From contig NC_081333.1 in NCBI RefSeq assembly GCF_022539665.2, positions 1,364,001 to 1,428,000 on the forward strand: 64,000 nt of DNA, written 5' to 3'. Origin of the DNA: Daphnia carinata (taxonomy: Eukaryota). The position numbers and the translations under genes were made by a program. The notes under the pieces were generated by a model. It saw only the letters and a program-made list of their open reading frames with translations. It ran no database searches and was not told where the DNA came from. Shown in pieces: positions 50,401-64,000 of the stretch (the first letter of the stretch is position 1; every line of letters starts with the position of its first letter).

Positions 50401-52959
50401 GGTCAAGGTTTGGTTATATATGTACCTATAGGCTTCAGTCCAAAATGAAAGAGAATTAAATAATGACGGTTGGAATATCAGATGGAAGGCGAACCAATGG
50501 GCATCGGTACGTAGGTAGAAAAACTCGGAATGTCATAGAAATAATCATAGGCTTCACAAGTCGAACAGGCCATGGAATCGAGTAATGGACGTGCAACGGG
50601 CCTAGCAGCAAAGCAAAAATTTTGTTTATTTGATAGAAGCAAAGGATTTTAAAACATTGCTGATGGGACATTTTCTTGGGTATAGTAAATTATCATTACG
50701 TTGAGGTTACGATGTTGGCAGCGAATAAAACATTTTTATATCCCCTTCTCCTCCAATTTTCTAGTTCTTGACTTTTCTAGGCAAAACGAGTTTTTAAAAA
50801 GACAAAGCTTTTATCATGTAGCGCAATTCTTGTTTTATTCTAAACGACGGACAGAGGTTGCCGGAGGTGATGGGACATCATATTTTTTTTTATACAGTCA
50901 ACTGTGTAATGTCTCCGCAGAAAGTCCCCAAAATAAACTTATGGTTTTAGTGCAATGCAGCAATAACAACCGCATAAGATTATTGAAAAACCTTTGCTTT
51001 GTTTTGTTCTACCGTTTGAAAAATAGAAGCTTGATTTAAAATCCAGTTTTATTGCATGTTTTTTATCCACTCTACTTTAAAAGTAAATATTCAAATGCGT
51101 TGCGAAAGGAAAGAAATCAAATTGCGATGAAGTTTAAATCGCTATCCAAGCAGAAGGCAATCTCATTTTTGCCAACGCGATAGTAGACAGGGCAAAAAGA
51201 AATCTCTATCAAAACGTAACCATAAGTTATAGTTAGCCTTTGTTCATGTTTGACCGTGAACTAGGACACTTCCGCACGTGCTGCGGGAGTGGACCTCCGC
51301 CCATACATCGCAGGGTATAGTACATATTTGCAAATGAGTTTCGGCCATTAAGACCACAGCGTGTAGTCAAAACTCTCGTTTGGCTCGTCGAAATATAATC
51401 ATGGAAAGAGCAAGTCACAGGTGCTGTTATCTGTGGCACACGCGTTCTCTTTAAAGAAAAAAAACAAGACGTCGGGTTTCAAATGATAAATAAAACAAGA
51501 CATTCCAAAATCGAGTATTGCGACTAAAAGAAGCTACATGTCTTTGTCTCTCGTAGGCGTGATTGAAGTGCTTGCTATATCCTTTGGTACACGATAAGCC
51601 TTTCATAGCACGGTGCATAGCAGTGTTCTGCCATGAAAATCGATAGGAAGAAGGGTGGAAACACACACACAAAAAATTGGGTGAAACCAACGTAAAGGTA
51701 AATGTCATTTTGGGTTATTGCCTTGTCTGTATATATAAATATACTACATCAAAATCTGAACACGAGCACTGAGACTCGAGGCACGTATATACGGCTTATT
51801 CGTCGTTTGTCATAGTCAGTGTCACGCAGTCCGTGTATACAACATCCGGCATCCGTCTCCTCGAGGGGGCGTTTGAAATTTGGACACATTTTTTGTGCTT
51901 ACGTATTTAAGAAGAAAAAAATATCTTAAGGCGCCACACGTGTAAGGTTGGAAGAAGATTTTAGTTTCACTTTTTTTGTGTGTGTGTGTTCTAATTATTT
52001 ATTCAACAGGTAATTCAGCTCGTTTTTAATATATTCAACATAGCGCGTACCTTCTTTCGGGTTGTGTCACCCGATATAGGAGACAGCGGATAGAAACTCA
52101 TATGCCAAACGGAGGAACCATTTCATACGTTAGTGTAGACGTGGTTTATTCGCCAAGCGTATTTTTTGATCGTGTCACGTGACACTGTTGGGATTATTAT
52201 GCGCTAAATAATATAGATTGGATTTTCAAACTATAGCTTGAGCCATTTGTTTTAAACGATAGCGCTTGCTATAGAGCCAACTGATTATTAATAAGAAATC
52301 AGAAGGAGCATAGGATTCTTGGTATAGAATTCGAATTCTTCCTTAAGAACCGTAGCTGAGAATTAGAAACGGAAACATTCTCTCAGTCAATATCAGTTTG
52401 CCATAGCGATTCACGACATTTGTGGCAGGTTGAAAATGTGCGATCACAAAAGAGCTTCGTTGTGTATACGATCGCACCTTTATATTTCTCGTTCAAAGGT
52501 TACGCGATTTAATCGCTCGAGTGTGTCATACGTAAACGTTGCCTTGTGACGTTCACGCATCCTGTACGTAATTTCGGAAAGCCGCTTTTTTTTTCACGCT
52601 TCAGCTGTAAATATGTGGAATCGCTTTCGTTTTGCTGCATGCACGAGCTGATGTAATGGCCTTTATTTTGCGGTAGATGCGCATTGCACAGTCATCGAAT
52701 GGAAACAAGTACGGCGTTTCATTTTCACTTGACGGAGGAATCGATATACAACTGTGACAAAAGTCCTCGCTTAATAGCTATATTTATATATACGTGCATA
52801 TAAGAGACGTAAACATTGATAAGTCTACTTTCCCCACGTAAAATGTAAATCCATAAACCGACGTCAGTGGGTCACCTTCGGTCTTTAAATAGAGATTGCT
52901 TGTGAATACAGTAACATTAGTTTTGGGTGCGATTTTACTGTAGGACTGCAACAGTAGCA

Positions 52960-53300
52960 ATGTTGTTCTAAATAATAGAAACAATGATTTTCGAGTTTGA
53001 ATTTGAATATAACTAAAAATAAAAACTCCGGCTATAAAAACGAATCGATGTTCGCGATCCTCGTTCAATTTGGTGTCTAAATCGTGTAATTTTTTAGCAT
53101 TTTTGAAAAAAAAAATTTTTGAAGTGAAAAAAAAAATCGTTATTTTTCTGTCGGGCTTATTTTTTTAAGCCCGACAATTAGATTAAAACTTTTTTTTTTA
53201 TCTTGGAATGCGATTAAACTTAACTTATAATAGGCTAATTTGAACGTTGAGTCTGAATAAAATATTTTTGTTTTCCCGTGAAAATTCGTTTTCGAACGAA
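52960..53300 (-). mobile_element. Degraded non-autonomous DNA-element fragment, same family as 63690-64000
   Basis: Minus-strand GATTTAGACACCAAATTGAACGAGGATCGCGAACATCGATTCGTTTTT aligns with plus-strand GATTTAGGTACAAAATTTAATGAGGATGTCGAAAATCTAATTCTTTTT at ~63783. Hairpin TGTCGGGCTTA-N6-TAAGCCCGACA at 53149-53176. Boundaries approximate. Confidence 0.6.
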
Positions 53301-53563
53301 AACTGTATGTTGTTGTTTCGAGAAAATGTAACCAAAAAGAAGGAATAGTTATGTAATATATATATATCTATTATATTTATGTCATGTTCAATTGATTTTG
53401 AGGTTACATTATTGATTATTTACGATAAACTTGGTGATTTTGGTGCCGTTTCTCGGGATTTTTCGTCCATAAATGGCTGGGATGTTTGGCCGATCGGCTA
53501 TCACCGGTTTTAGCTTTTCTGTAATTGGAAAACTCTCATTGATTACATCAATTTAAAGATTAT

Positions 53564-56428
53564 TCAAACAATAAGCGCATGCCAAAAATTACCGTAGAGA
53601 GTTTTCTTTGCGTCGGAATTAGCAAGCAAAGATGATGCGACTGCGTCATCGCCTTTTATAGATGCAACTGTCGTCGATAATACCGACGTTGCGTCCGTAT
53701 CGAGAGATGCAGTGGATTCGCTAATTGTTTCCGTAGTCGTTACCAATTGATTGCTGTTGCTAAAACCAGCACTGAGGTTATCACCCGCGCTGGAACTTTC
53801 AGCAAACGCCGATGCAAAAACTTGGATATTAAGAGGCACATCCGTTGTGATGGCGTTGTCTTCGGTTGTTTTTGTCCCGAAATCGAGCGGCTTAGAATCC
53901 GAGATGACGTTGAAAGTCAGACCCTCAATGACGGGAGGTTCTATGAAAGCTGGTGCCGTTGTTGTCTTTACTTCTGGCAGCGTTTGCACGTCGTCCGTGT
54001 CGAACGAAATTGTTGGAAAAGTCGTGGCTTCTAATCCAGTCACAAAGTTTGATTCGCTTAAATCCACAGCTGCGTTGGCGGTGTTGACTTTATTTATCGA
54101 CGCCATGTCCTCTGTTGACTCTTCCGTCGCATTGCTGGCAACTTCGAGAAAATGAGCTGCTGGATCAGTGGTGGGACTAGTTAGCGGTGTAGTCGTCCTG
54201 TACTCATCGTCGAAATCCCTCTCCGACAGGGAATTTAACGTGACAACAACAGCTGAAGTTTGAACGTCCGCTAGATTAGGCTGGAACGTAGATAACTCGT
54301 CGTTCAATTGATCGCCGTTGGTCTGAACTGATTCGACTGCAGCGTCCGATGATTCTTCCAACTTTCCTCCGACTTTCACGAACGAATCCTCGTTCGGCAA
54401 AGTTAGAAACGTCGTGCCAGCGTGATTGTTTTCGCTGGCGAACGCTGCGTTCGTCGTCACCGGGATGATGGTCAGCTCTTCATCCACTCCCAATTGCAAC
54501 TTTAAATGAGCACCGAATTCATCCTGGTTAAACGACTCGGTGGTTGTCGGAGTGGCCTCGGTAAATTCCAGCAGGACATCTGCGTTTGTAACAGGTGTTA
54601 TGGAATCATCTTTATCGCGATTGATGATCTGATTTTGAAGCAAGACCGTGTCGAGGCCACCCATTCGATTAACGCCCGGGACTTTCGATCCGTATCTGTC
54701 TCCCGCGTTCACGAATTGCGTTGCGTACTGTTGATGGCTTACTACAGGGGACTGCCCGCTAGCGATCGTTGCCGTAACTGCTTGTTGGTTGCGGTTGTTC
54801 GTGCTGGCGATGGGTTCTGGTCTGGCGGGTGAGATAGTGGACGGGACGTCGTAACTTCGTATCGACGCTTCGGGATTGACAAATTCGTTCACGCTGTGCG
54901 GATGTACGTTGGCGTGTTCCCGGCCAGATAGTTGCGGCTGTCGGAATACTTCGTTAAGAACGTAGAGCGAAGGAGAGGCGGCGCAATCCACATTGTACCA
55001 CCAGTCGCACACTGTTGCGATCCATCAACATTTAGAAACGACAAACACGTCACCACATTTTTGTATAATTCATTTTGTTCTTGTTTTGTTTTGTTTTACC
55101 GAAATGTTTTTGATTAAAGAGAGTCCCGTTTGGGCAGAGGAAGCTATCGTGGCGTCCGTCTATCTGACATAGGTGGAACACCTGTTCCAGGAAGATATAT
55201 CAAATCTTTTGTACATCATTAATGTTCATCGAGGTTGGACGTAAGCCCCGAAAACTGAACTAATATTAATGATGCTAAACAAGGACGGGATTTGAAAAAC
55301 GACGAACGAAATGCGTTGCATTTACCTGACAGAGTCCTTCCGTATCGGCAAAGTAGCCAGGATTACCCGGGTTGCATTTAAATGACGTCGGTGGAACAAG
55401 CGGGAAGGTCGGATAATCTGCGCTTCCGAGAAGTTTGCGTCCGATCCGAGTTGATTGTCTTTGGAACTCCCCTGGTGTCTTTACGGTCAACCAATCATTA
55501 AAGGGACACAGCAAAATGTATTATGCACTTGTGTTTGTTTCTCCGAAATGCGATGCATTTTGCAAGATTTGCGTACAATATAGAGGGAATCTAAATGTGG
55601 TCTGGACAAATAAATGTGTTCGAACGTCTCATAACACATTGATACAGATTGTTGTTGGTGTGACCACCACAATTCGATCGCTGTTGGTGGTCTTATTAAT
55701 TTTTTTTTCGGGGGGTAGGCGATAGTGTTGTGTCCGTTTGCCACAGACTTGTCATTGCACGCTACAATGGCTTTTGACAGCCAAAGTTTTTCGTTCACAG
55801 CGCAGATACGCTATATGGTCGAACAGTTTTACGTTGTTCAATCAGTCAGTTCATATCACAAACAAAAGCTTTCTTTTTCAATTGTTCGAAAGATTGCGAA
55901 TCTAGTACGAGGTTCTTTCTTTTTATTTTTGGTTAATTGATATTCACGTACTCCCCGTTTTCACTTACGTCGGTTATCCTGTGTTTCACATAATCAATAC
56001 GTGTGCGATGTTTACGCACTCGAGCCCCATCAAACGAAAGTGGATGGTATTACTAAAGTCTACCGTCCAGCAAACTACGTTCTCTTTGAAAAATATAAGT
56101 AATACGAAAAAAATGAACTAGGCAACAAGCTGAATCGTTAGAAAAAGAAGTTTCACGCGCGAGCGAATGAACCACGGCATTCAAAATCGAAAACAACATC
56201 CCCAATTACGCAGGATCTTTAAATAGACATGATACAATAGGAACCATGAAGAGCTTACCTTATTGCTTTCTACGATAGCACAGTCCATCACGACCGAAAG
56301 GCTGAAGAGGAACACACCTGAATAAACGACGGAATTCAATCAAATATGAAAATTTGCGGGCGTCAAGACGATTCAGCTGTATAAAATAAAGACATTTGCT
56401 TACCTATGAAGAGGCTTGCAAAATGCAT
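53564..56428 (-). CDS. Secreted single-ChtBD2 (peritrophin-A / CPAP1-type) protein with a long acidic Ser/Thr-rich mucin-like tail. Exons 56428-56404, 56317-56259, (microexons 55978-55969 and 55590-55577), 55478-55326, 55181-55100, 55011-53564
   Basis: Signal peptide MHFASLFIGVFLFSLSVVMDC, six-Cys domain FKCNPGNPGYFADTEGLCQVFHLCQIDGRHDSFLCPNGTLFNQKHFVCDWWYNVDC, and a minus-strand TATA (CTATATAA) at 56565-56558. Confidence 0.9.
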
Positions 56429-59400
56429 CTTTATTTAGATGTTTAATTTTAAACCAACTATTTTTAACTCGAATTGTGTTGCGGGACTGTTTACAGATTG
56501 GCACAAGGGTGGCGAACATGCACGAGACAGTGTCCGACTGGTCAGCGAGGAACTGTCTTATATAGAAGTCCCTTTCTCTGTCTCTCGCTTTCCTGCTCTC
56601 TTTCTCTTTCTTAGTTACGGTATGGACCCACAGGTTTTTTTTTTTTTTCACTTAGAGAGGTGTGGCCCTGAACGTGATGCATACCGTTACGCAGGCCGAT
56701 GCTGAAGAGATCGCATTCATTGTCTATCCAAGAACAGCCTTGTCCTAAGCTTTTCGTTCATATTCACGGCAAAAGCGGGAAACAGATGACACGCATAACA
56801 GTCTAATGCCGAGCAATATTATTTAAATGAATGGCCAGGAAATGAATCGACAATTTGAACCGCATTTTCAAACTCTCTCTTTCGGTAGCACAAAAACGAA
56901 AAATAGCTTTCGCTGTCTGAGAAAAGACTCTTCATTTCTTTTCTGTCAGAGAGCCAATGTGCTACACTATTTCTAAGAACTTTCGGGACATGAGAGTTAA
57001 AAAGAATTTCCCATAAGTTCATCATAGAATGTCTGCCGAGGTGCGAATCGATGTTAAAGGTTTTCTCGAATTTTTACGCTCTTCTGTCTCGCCGTGATTT
57101 TTATTGAATCGACCCGCGTTCACGCACCACCGTGTTCAAATTTTCCATTCATCTTTTTTTGCCTACACAACTATATATATTGTTCCCAAAGTACATGTAA
57201 TCACCTCAAGTATGCAATACATTGTCTTGATTTAAACTAATCGAGTAAATGATGCGTGAATTGATTGGCCGCTGATTTGCAATAGCTTCGATTTCGAAGA
57301 GAACAAAACAGCAGTACACCATTGTCAAATCGATTGGTGAGTTATGGATTCGATTGACGCCGAGTTGGTTGATTCACACACTTACTGTCCGATTCTTTTG
57401 CGGTCAAGATCGGCTTGTGGGTTATTACTTATTTTGACAGAGAAACGGTTAACCGCAGTCGGCGTCCGTTCTGGAGCCAACGAGAACAAAGGCCGCATTA
57501 CATTTTCTTTCTTCTTTAAAAAATAAGAGGCAATGGATGTTCAAACATTTCAGGTGTGGCGCACGTCTGCGTGTGTGCTCATCTCAACGGGAAATTTATG
57601 CTGGTGTCGTGAAAGTTTCTCACGTGCTGAATGTCTGCTGACGCGCTTCTACTGAAAGGATTCTGCCCATCACATTAGCGCTGCGTTCAAAAAACGTGCC
57701 ACATTATTGTGAACAAAAGTTGCTTGTTTACGTCAAATGAAACAGAAAGAATTTGAAAGAAAACACAGAAACAACGGCATTAGCACTAGACCGTTAAGTC
57801 TTACAGCGTTGCTAAGGCAACCCGATCGCGCTTTAGCTTGTTGTGTGTATGTAAGAGCATATACGCATTTGATGTTAAGATGCAAGCAAAAATCTTTGCG
57901 TAATTCATTCTGCGCATGTCTGGGCGTGAAACCAGGGACGGACAAGCATAGCGGGAAAATGTTTAAAAATGCGAAATGATTTGGGAAATTCGCATTTTTT
58001 TTTTTTTTTTTGAAATATGACACGGCCTTGGGAAAAATGAAACCATAACTAAAATTATTGAGACACTGCATCACAATCGAGCGGTCATGATATAAATTTC
58101 AATTCTGGTTTGGCTGTTATGCGTGAACGTATACTTTCAAACGAATATAAAGGCTGTCCATATTGTGTTGTCACCTTTATAGGTTAGTATAACATAAACA
58201 TCGAGGTTGTTATTTGGCATGGCGAAAGTGCTATTTTCTTTGTTTAACTTTTGAGATTATCTTTAAGGGTAGTCTTCGTGAGCGATATCGAGGATACGTG
58301 TCTCCTTAGATGATGTCAATTCTAGAAATTCCTTGGCGAATCAGTTCAATATTCCAGGAAAAATTGATCTTTGCGCACTAGTGTCTCTGCATTGCGCATT
58401 TTGGCTGAATTTCTTTTGCCCAAATGCGATCGAAAATGTCTTGCTAACAAATTTTATACGTCTAACATTCCATTATAAGAATTTGCAAACAATTTATCAC
58501 ACCTGTTGAAAACTGTAGCGATATGCGCATGCCTAAAAGTGAAAAAAAAAGTTCAAGGACTTGAATCGTATTGTTCAGCGTCTGGCTGATTTTGCAGGAT
58601 TCGAGTTCCTTTATGTCACCATTTAAATGAGGTTAATTATACGCTGGTTCCGCTCTGGCTTTTTGTTTAGCCGTCTTTTTACAAAGAGGTACGTGGCGTG
58701 CACTGGCCGCATTCGATTGTCCATGCGAAGGTGGTATTGCGCGTTAGTGAAAGTCCTGATCGTTCCACTCATTGATATAACGCCTTCAGATTGGTTACGT
58801 ATGCGCGTTATATACGTGATCATTTGTCATATACACGTCTCGATCTTCATGCTTGGGAACTTACGCGTGCATAGCATCGAATTCTTTGCGGTTCTTTAAG
58901 CTGAATCATTTTGAAGTGACAAGTTTCAGTTGTTTTTTTTTTCACTCCTTCTGTGATCGGAACTGCCATCGATAAAATGTGAGGTACCAAAAAGAGTCAC
59001 CGCAAAATTCCCATCGAGCTTGCTCATTCGGTTCGAACAACGTCTTGGCTTATTGACGAGCACTGGCCCAATTTTTCTTTTCTTGCTTGAATCTGAAAGG
59101 GGAAAGGGCCTTCTCGTGAGCTCTCATTATTCAAAGATTTATTGACGCGTTTTACCGGTGTCAAGTGGCAACCGAAACCCACTGAAAAATAGAACTTACA
59201 TACAACGCGGTGAAACAGGACCCACTCATTTTCAGAAGAGAGTGGCATAATATTATTTAACTACAAGAACTATTTTTTTACGCGTTGATGAAATGCCGAA
59301 ATGACCGTGTCGTTGTTTTTCCTTCCAGTTCAAAGTCTTCAGTGCGGAACTTGGACACAGAGAAACGGCATCAAAGAACCAAAACAATATTTTGAGGGTT

Positions 59401-61303
59401 TTGTTTTTTTCTTTCTTCTCAGTACACACAGAGGGAGAGAGAGATGCAAGATATGAAGGAGACCTTGGCTCATGAAAAATATAGACACATAATAATAATA
59501 GTCCATGTCTTTCTTTTGCCCTTTCTCTTGTTCATTATAGTCCAGTTGAGTGCGTTGTACATAAACAAGCAGTATAAAAAAAAACATAAGCAATATTTAT
59601 TTATCGGCCTCTCTTCTTCGGGCGGCATGTCCAGTTCACGCTGTCGATTTGATTACCGTCGAATGTTCATTTTCGTGTCTCTTAATGAGGAGAGCAAATG
59701 AGCAGAAACTAGGTCATTTAGTCCAGCTGAGCTCGTCTTGTTGGCCAAGTTTTAATGGTCTACGTTCCTCTCCCTTTCGACTATTCCTTTTTTTTAACCA
59801 ACAAATTTCACCAATTGATTTCTTTTCAAATGTCGGTGGTTACATCACCAAGGAAAAGATATGTGGTAATCATTCGGCTAACTCGTCTGCCCGGTGCATG
59901 AATAAAAAGCGATTGGCCATTTGTTTGGACGAGTGGTGGATCGAAAACGATACCTGCCTTACATTTCTTTTAATTTTTTTATTTCTTCGTTTAAGGCCAA
60001 TATTGTTTGAGTGTCTTATCTCGAACAGGTTGTGCAAAGACGCGATGCTAGAAATTCGGACATCGTTTAGAGTTTCACGAAATAATCGGTCACGTTTTCG
60101 GTTATAGTTGCGAACGTGATACGATCCTATTTTTATTATTAGATGAGAATATAAAAGCTTCTAATGAGCAATTCATTTGGAAACATAACAACAAATGAAA
60201 GTTGCGAAAATCTCGCATTCTTCCGTTAACTGGAACGAAAATCGAGATGATTGCTGTTTTCTATAGAGCATCACACAATCAGAAATAGAAAATAGCGACG
60301 TTAACGTTAAGATATAATGGAGGCTGTATTTCCACGTCGCTTTCTAAGCGGTGTGTTCAGCTATACGTATCACATAACGCCTCTGCCCTTTTTTTTTTAG
60401 TTTAGCCAAAAAGCAAAACATCTGGTTTATGTGTACATATTTAATGAGTTCATCTGATCAACGTGAAGGTGAAACTTCACCCATCCGGTCAATATATTTT
60501 GCTGTTTTATTGCGTAAAAGAGTTTTGTGGTTCCAGATAATAGCCAACATCCTTGTGCATAGAATCGTATGCGGAACGAGGCAATGTCAGAAACTGGTTA
60601 AGTTACACCCGAGAAGCAAAAGAGACTTTAAAAGAAAAGAAAAATGGAAAGTCTCGGACAAATTTTTCGTATATTATTCTCGTCAGTGTGTATGTGTGTG
60701 TGGGTGTGTGTGTTTAGGCATGAGGATAAAAGCAAAAAAAGGCTATAAAGACTCACGAAGGGTTAATAGTATAAAGAGATACACGACAGTTTTTTTTTTT
60801 TTGAAAGAATGACATTTTCGCAATCAACATAAAATGAAAGAAAAAAACAGTGAAGAATATGAGACAAATAATATATATATATAATGACAGCTAGACAGTC
60901 TATGCAAATATATATCGGATACGAGAGTATAGTTTAGTTATATCGAGTACATTTTATATGGACGCCGAGAAGTGTATAGGTATATACGGTGTACGTATAC
61001 ATCATTTATTGTATGTATACTGTATATACCGTAATAAAGGACTTCGGTTGATAGCTGATGCTATGCGCTTTTCTTGTTGGCTCATATAGATTCATATTTT
61101 TGAGGAATTCATTTTTTAAATATTTTTTAAAGTTAAAAAAAAAAAATAAGAGAGGGGAGGATTTACTAAAACTCGTGAGACACGCACACTTTCACACAAT
61201 TCCACGACGAGACGAAAAGGAAAAAAAAAGATAATTTTTTTTTGTGTTTGTTTAAAAAATATTGGGGAGGACAAAATACATCAATGAATCCCGATGCGAT
61301 AAT

Positions 61304-63377
61304 TTAAACGGACGTGAAGGCCTTTGTAGCCGATACCGCCAGCAAGGCTAAGATCAAGCATTGCAATTCCGCCATCGTTTTGCTGTAAAGTTGTCTGTTG
61401 CCATTGCTCATTAACCCAGTGTCGATTCCTACATTTAACGTACACGTCATCATTCAAATTTCTTCGTTTAAATTTAATATTTCAAACATACCTCCAACGT
61501 CTTTGATTTCCAGGTTTTTCGCATTTGGCACAGACTCTGCAATGGCACAAAAGTAACAAGTTAAAATCAAAGGTATTTGGACATTTATCTGAATGAACTT
61601 TGATTTACCAAGACCAAGTGTGTGGAATTGGAAAGCTTCGCTAGATTCAGAAGTGCCATAACGATTCCTGGCCGTCACTGTGGCTTCGTAGATGGATCCT
61701 GACATTTGATGTTAAGAACAAATGAGTTACGTATTATAACGTAATGAGCATTAAATGTAACCTGGATCGAGTTGGAGGAACATGTAAGATTGCTTATGAT
61801 GTTGGTGACGTCCGCTAGAACTGCCTTGATTCATCGGGATGATCATCGATTTCCAGACGCGATTGAGATCGTCCGTTTCGTTAAACTAATGAAGATAATT
61901 ATGAGCATGTCATTGTTCATTATTCAAGGTTACAACAATCGATGCTTGTGAGACTTACAAACAACTTCCTGAACATGAGTTTGTACTCTTCAATCGGTGC
62001 ATAACTGTCGATTTTCCACGTTAGATTGAACGAATCAACCGAGTTACCCATCGGTTCGCTTTTGAATATCGCTCTGCTAGGGCGACCTGAATTCACGATA
62101 GCAACAAAGAAATTATGATAAACAACGTGGTTTGATCAAAAGTATAATAAACTGAATAATATACGTACCAGATAGTTCAATGTTCTGAGAAGATCTTCCG
62201 AGCAAGTTATCAGCCGTGCAAGAATAAAGTCCGAAATCCGATTCCTCCACATTGCGCAAGATCAGTGTGTGTTTGTTATTGGAAGATTCTAGGATGCGCG
62301 TGTCAGACGGAACGATGACTCGCTCCTCACGATACCAAAGAACCTATACACAATAAGTGGACCGTTATATTGGACATCATTCGAATTTTCTATTGAAAGT
62401 GAAAACGTACAGTGGCCCCAGGTTCTGCGTGAACGATGCAGGTTAGATAGGCCTCCTGGTGCACTCCGGTGTGAATCCAGCTTCGTTCGATTTCAATTTC
62501 CGGCGGATCTAAACATTGAAAAATAACAAGATGACACATAAGAAAAAAAGGAATATTGTTTTGCAAAACTTACACAAAACTTTAACGTCGATGGTTGCCG
62601 TGGCAGGTTCACTTACGCCGTTGTCAGCCGAACATTCTATTTATTATTACAAAAAAAAAAAATAAATAAAATTTCATAGAAAATGATGTGATGGCCAAGA
62701 CAACGCGCAATATTTCTATTCGAAAGTACCATAGAGACCGACGTCTGGACGACCGACCGCTTGAAAACTGAGCACCGATCCTTGAAATTTGTCATCGCCA
62801 TTTTGGAAATAAAATCCCTGTGTAATCGATGCAGTTATAGATTCATTGTTTGTCTATGTTTTTGGTTATTGATAGTATGTTAGTCTTACGGGTTTGCTCC
62901 ATCGGATGGAAGGAGGAGGATTGCCTTCACCAATGCACCTCAGAGTAACTGGATCTCCTTTACGAGCTTGAATGCGACCCTCTTCTGGAAATCGACGTAC
63001 TTTGGCCGGTTCTACAAACGACAAGAATTAATGAATAATAATTCGTTTTTAATGTCCTTTTAAATTCTATTCGGCTGAAACTTCTATTTTTAATGCTAAC
63101 TCGTTTAGACCAAGTGCCAAAGTGAAATTAAATGAAGCAAAATGTCATTTGAATGTAAGGTGGATGCGTTTGAGCTCACCGAGGACGTTGAGAGCTATGT
63201 TGATGTGAGATGGCACGTCAGTGTTAATCTCACAAGTGTAATTGCCCGAATCTTTGCTTGAAACTTTATTAATGTCGAGGGATGTTCCAACTATGTTGAG
63301 ACGATTGTCACGGATCACCTTCGTGCTACCGGCAGAGATAAGCACCGATTCTTTCTTCCACACGACCATAAAAGTAC
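61304..63377 (-). CDS. IgLON-like neural adhesion protein, 3 Ig + 1 FN3 + hydrophobic (GPI-type) tail, klingon/wrapper-like. 5' end lies outside the window. About 11 exons from 63377-63180 to 61428-61304
   Basis: DSGNYTCEI, VTLRCIGEGNPPPSIRW, DVGLYECSADNGV, PPEIEIERSWIHTG...LTCIVHAEP, DFGLYSCTADNLLGRS, FN3 FNLTWKIDSYAPIEEYKLMFRK and YEATVTARNRYGTS, tail LQCLILALLAVSATKAFTSV*. Confidence 0.9.
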
Positions 63378-63689
63378 CTGAAAAACACGAAGGTTGTTCA
63401 CATAGAAATAGCTCTTTGATATACTAACTGAAATGTTATCAAACGTAAAATTTAACTTCGAATAGTAGCGAAATACCCAGTCTAATAAAAAGATGTTCTG
63501 TGGAGGTTTTCAACGCGAACGACAGTTGCGGAAATGCAAATTTTATTCGTGAGTTGTTCGTGAAACTTTACATCTTTCTGTTAGATGGCGTGGGATTCTC
63601 CTTATAAAGAAAAGCTGTTTTGCTTTTTGAATCCACATCGAGGGCATAGAACTCGGGTGCGTAACACGAAACTAGGGAACCCTCGTTAA

Positions 63690-64000
63690 AAGTTTTAAGC
63701 CTGATAAAATATTAAGCCCGACTTTTACTATTTTATTTTTCTTTCAAAAGAATAGATATTGTTATTTAAAAAAAAAACACGTGATTTAGGTACAAAATTT
63801 AATGAGGATGTCGAAAATCTAATTCTTTTTGGGTTTGGGACGTATAGTTTATGAGTTATTCGAATCCAAAGTGGACTGAGTTTATAAGCCTCTTTGATTT
63901 TGTTTCATTCAAAAACCGCATAGTTGATGGTGAAACTATTATTTTATTCGGATTCAGCGTTCAATTCTGGTTTTTACAAACAATGTTTCAAACAATTTGT
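63690..64000 (+). mobile_element. Intronic non-autonomous DNA-element sequence running off the window end
   Basis: ATTAAGCCCGACTTTTACTATTTT (63711) resembles ATTTAAGCCCGACTTTTCTTATTTT (13541) of the fold-back element. It also aligns with the 53 kb fragment. Confidence 0.55.

Noticed and set aside
36000..53000. Dozens of 60-150 aa ORFs in the ORF track
   Set aside because: They are Phe/Lys-rich translations of homopolymers and microsatellites, with no domain signal or consistent splice chain.
53747..54832. Plus-strand ORFs at 53747, 53751 and 54506
   Set aside because: Antisense shadows of the low-complexity Ser/Thr-rich exon of the ChtBD2 gene.
1..64000. tRNA, rRNA or snoRNA genes
   Set aside because: No cloverleaf, rRNA-like segment or convincing C/D or H/ACA box pair seen by eye; tRNAscan-SE and Infernal/Rfam would be needed to exclude them.

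Overview
Eukaryotic genomic DNA. Compact 55-100 bp GT-AG introns and the gene content suggest a crustacean, probably Daphnia (inference). Bases 1-22 kb are gene-dense: EB1/MAPRE with two duplicated, mutually exclusive exons; the nucleostemin/GNL3-family GTPase; Gemin7 head-to-head with Bicaudal-D; a disabled fem-1-like ankyrin gene; a ~2.25 kb non-coding nested fold-back element; and a large uncharacterised membrane-protein gene. Bases 25-47 kb hold a minus-strand Beaten-path-type Ig gene with a GC-AG intron and probably a ~17 kb 5'-UTR intron. Within that interval, on the opposite strand, lie two small secreted prepropeptide genes that the ORF track only partly captures. They share exon layout and an acidic pro-region ending MEG-x6-ETKH, but encode unrelated mature peptides: one Pro-rich then GGY-rich, the other Trp/His/Lys-rich. 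They are candidate members of an undescribed antimicrobial or effector peptide family and are the most interesting signal here. Bases 53-64 kb hold a ChtBD2 plus mucin-like protein gene with probable microexons, a 5'-truncated 3xIg+FN3 klingon/wrapper-like gene, and two fragments of a repeat family that shares motifs with the fold-back element. All exon coordinates were read by eye and need RNA-seq confirmation.
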